A DNA stretch of 64,000 nucleotides from Chlorokybus atmophyticus (taxonomy: Eukaryota > Plantae > Mesostigma and Chlorokybus algae), in NCBI GenBank assembly GCA_009103225.1, contig RHPI01001715.1, forward strand, positions 62,001-126,000, in the 5' to 3' direction. The notes under the pieces were generated by a model. That model did not search any database and was not told the origin of the DNA. It saw nothing but the letters and a program-made list of their open reading frames with translations. Shown here piece by piece: positions 60,942-64,000 of this stretch. A program made the translations under genes and the position numbers. How positions within the stretch are numbered: position 1 is the first letter of the stretch; each line of letters opens with the position of its first letter.

Positions 60942-63900
60942 CTAAAACAAATATGCTTCTTGGCTGCTCGTGCTTTGGCCATCAATGCTGCCGCCCAGTG
61001 CGTAAAGAGTTCGATTAGAGAGCACGCCAAACTGAAAGCTGGTGCGCTTCGCAACCAGAGGTTGGAATGCTGACCACGACAGGCACGGTGAGCTTGATGT
61101 GCACCCCAGCTTGAGAGCTTCAACAACATTGGTTGCAACCCCTGGCTGGTTGACAAGCTCGCCACCCGCAACCAAGATCATGGGCCCATCTGTCGTGAGC
61201 ACGTAGGTCACGGCTGCCTTAATGCGCGGCGTTGGCATGCCAACAAAAGACTGCTCAATTGCTGTGTATCCAGCTGCATCGCGTGAAGTTTGCCGCCGCC
61301 ACGTTGCGGCCGGAGTGAAGAAGTAAGTATAGTCGCCTGCTTGCGCATACATGCCATTGAACTCGGGGATCCGGGAGCTGGCAGCAGCGGGCAGGAATGC
61401 CCACTTCGTGTCGTACGCACTTATGTCTATGCACTCCACTTTCGGTTGAACACTCACGGGGCCCAATACGCATATCTTTTTGCCTATGGTGTACCTACAA
61501 CAACAGCAACAAACCGATCAGACAAGAGCAAGTTGTCAAGGATATGCACGACGTGCACTCACATGGCGTGCCCAGCACGATCGCAAGTCATCCTGGCGCC
61601 TGTTAGCCACCGGGAGTTGCCATTGGCATCTACTTTTAGCAGCTGGAATACTCTGGCTGGGGCATTGCTGGTTGACAGGCCGCCGGTGAACATGTAATAG
61701 CTGAATGTGCCCACTTGCATCGAGGCCGAAGCAGCAGATGCAACTGGCGTTGGCATCGGGGGCTGCAAAAAAATGTCACCAGTGGCCAGATTTAGCAGTT
61801 GCACTGGCGCGGACGCACTGGCGCCGCTACCGCCCGCCAACACCACATAGTCTCCCAACTGTGCACTCGCACCGCCAGCGTACGATGAAGTGGGTGCTGC
61901 AAGCTGTGCAGCTAGTGGAGTCCAGACACGCTGTGTGTTGCAAGCATGTTGTCAACGTTGAGATACACTCGTCTGGTCAAGCTTGCTAACGGTATCACCT
62001 GTGTGGCTGGCGTTCTGAAAGCTGGGATGTCATCAGAGAAATCGACCACCGGAGTCGAGGAAACAACACTTATCACGCGTAAACCTGCATGCGGGTGCTG
62101 GTACTCAGACACAGTGCCTTGGTAGAACAACTAGAGCATGGACTGCAGGCCCCACAGCTCATGCGCCGGCAAGCGCACGCTTACCTTGGTTGTTTACAGC
62201 CTGAGTGAGAGACAGGGGGCCGGTGCCGTCGCTTGCAGCAATAAGGACTTGCACCAGCTTAGGTCCAAGCAAGATGCTGGGTACAACAATGAAGTACTTG
62301 GCCGTGACCGGGGCTTCTGCTCGGCGAATGGCGTAATTGGCAGTCGCACGCACGCTGCCCAATAGAAATGCATGGGTGACACAGTGTAGTGCTGATTGCA
62401 TTAAGGTTAGTATTGTCACCCATGATCATGGTTTGTCAGTATGTAACAGCGCATGGGCGCTAGTTGACAACAAACGCACCACCGGATGCTGAGCAATGTA
62501 ATGCCAGATTACATACGTAAAGTTGGAGGCGTACGGGGAGATCACAGCCGCCAATGCAGCAGAGATCTGGGCGTCAACAAAAGGGATGTCGAGGACTTGC
62601 AATGGGTTGGCCAGGATGATCGTCAGAGTCCCAGTGATTATCACATAACCGTCCGGAATGGGCGGACAGATTGCTGTTGAACCTCCACAAGCCTGTATTG
62701 GAGACAAACGAACTTAGTGCTGCACAGAGACATGCTGTTGAAGAGTGTGCTATTGGCAAGACTCATGACCAGCACCTGCAGCAAGTTGCGCCCTGTGCCA
62801 CTGTAGTAATTGTTGTTGTCACCGTTGTTATTGTTGCAGCGGTAATTGTAATCATCGCAACAGCGTTCACCCTTGCGGCCGTTTCTGCTGCTGCCTCGCC
62901 AGCAGTCTTTGCAGCTGGAGTCTCCACCGCAATTAGAGTCCTTCGCTGCTTTTGAGAGTTGCTTCTGAATAATTTGCGAGATGAGTCCACTCTGGGAAAA
63001 CGCCTTGGCCACGGTATCAACGCACATTGCGTAGTCGTTACGCATGCGCCAGCAGTTGCCGGTTGTTTGTCGTGCACAAGGGCATAGTTGGGATATAGAA
63101 CAGCCATCCAAGTTCACAACCTGCTCACAGGTGGTTAAGTCGTGCATGTGAACCTGTGTTGAGTGGTGAACAGTGACACTCAACGGCTAGTGCAGCACAT
63201 AGAGGTGTGGCATGAAGTCTTCACCTGGCCTAAAGGGGTTCCTGGGCACTTGTCCTTTGAGTCTGGCACGCGGTCAGAGTCGGCATCAACTGCACCAGAG
63301 AAGTCACTGTGAGGTTATGCAACATGCTTGCGAGCATGTGAAAGGCAGCGTGTGGTGGTGATGCCTCAGGTTACGTCCGGTGACCACCAAGGCATACAGC
63401 ATTCTGACTGTCACTGAAGAGACCAAGCTGTGACTGCACCTTTTGCTAAGGCAGCGAGGGCGTCAGCGAGACCGAACCCGGACAAAAAGTCAAACCCGCT
63501 GATGCCAATGTTAATGCTGCTGCTGCGCATTGCTGCAGACAACAAAGGTGCCTACAGCAAACACGAGTGTCTGAACTTTCTGCCAGACAACAAGCAGGCG
63601 CGCGTGCTGAGATGAGAGCAGTGCAATGAGAGAGAAAAATTGCAAAAGTGCTGCAGCTTCACTAGGCACTGAACAACTTGTCGCTGGGATGCAAAGCGAT
63701 CAACAAGCTTTCAGACGTGTACCGTACCGTAGCCGATGGATAGACACCCCTGAAGAGTGCCGCTGCAGCAGCGAGGTGCGGTGCAGCAGCGCTGGTGCCA
63801 ACAAAAGTTGGTCGCCCGCACGGGGGCAGAATGTCCGCAGTCACGCCCGGTGAGAAGAAAGAGACGTCGACGCCGCTCGGCCCGACAAGATCTGGCTTTT

Positions 63901-64000
63901 GACGGAGAATGGGCTGTGCCAAACGTGTGCCGTCATTGCCAAAGAGAATTGGGACTCCTCCAATGCTGCATGGCAATGCTCGGTTACTGTGCAAGTCACC
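60942..64000 (-). CDS. 3' part of a secreted-type chimera: S8 subtilase C-terminus + TSP3 repeat + Cys-rich module + linker + Kelch repeats (5' end outside window)
   Basis: RQKPDLVGPSGV...FVGTSAAAPHLAAAAAL (catalytic Ser, 63770-63900); SINIGISGFDFLSGFGLADA; DADSDRVPDSKDKCPGTPLGQ|VVNLDGC; Kelch-like units VLAGG, MFTGG...RW...RAGHA, LVAGG...W..LVAKR, LYALGG. The exons I could trace join in frame by GT-AG introns. Confidence 0.8.

Noticed and set aside
1-64000. tRNA, rRNA or CRISPR arrays
   Set aside because: No cloverleaf/T-loop context, rRNA-like segment or regularly spaced repeat-spacer array was seen by eye.

Overview
Eukaryotic nuclear DNA, about 50-52% GC, with short GT-AG spliceosomal introns and two scaffold gaps (30882-30982, 38613-38855). 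The plant-type CAMTA, PDR, Shaker channel and LOG2 genes suggest a green alga, probably an early-diverging streptophyte such as Chlorokybus (inference only). The first ~10 kb is decayed mobile DNA. It holds the C-terminus of a phage/bacterial-type C5 cytosine methyltransferase lying tail-to-tail with a pseudogenised Plavaka (CMC-related) transposase. Next come a nested palindromic GTAC-rich spacer, a divergent spliced orphan pseudogene, and a gag-only retroelement remnant followed by a long orphan frame. The rest carries eight intron-containing host genes: a multi-TM class-3 lipase (+), CAMTA (+), a Shaker-like CNBD K+ channel (-), organellar PheRS (+), a bacterial-type bicupin (+), a full-size ABCG/PDR transporter (+), a LOG2/MGRN1-type RING E3 (+), and the 3' part of a subtilase-TSP3-Kelch chimera (-). 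Best leads: (1) a possible DNA-methyltransferase-carrying Plavaka transposon; (2) the bacterial-derived S8-TSP3 module fused to Kelch repeats; (3) a Shaker channel with a GFG filter and mixed inward/outward S6 signature; (4) dense GTAC (CuRE/SBP-type) clusters upstream of CAMTA, PDR and the transposase. All family assignments come from motif recognition by eye, not database searches. Internal exon boundaries are approximate.
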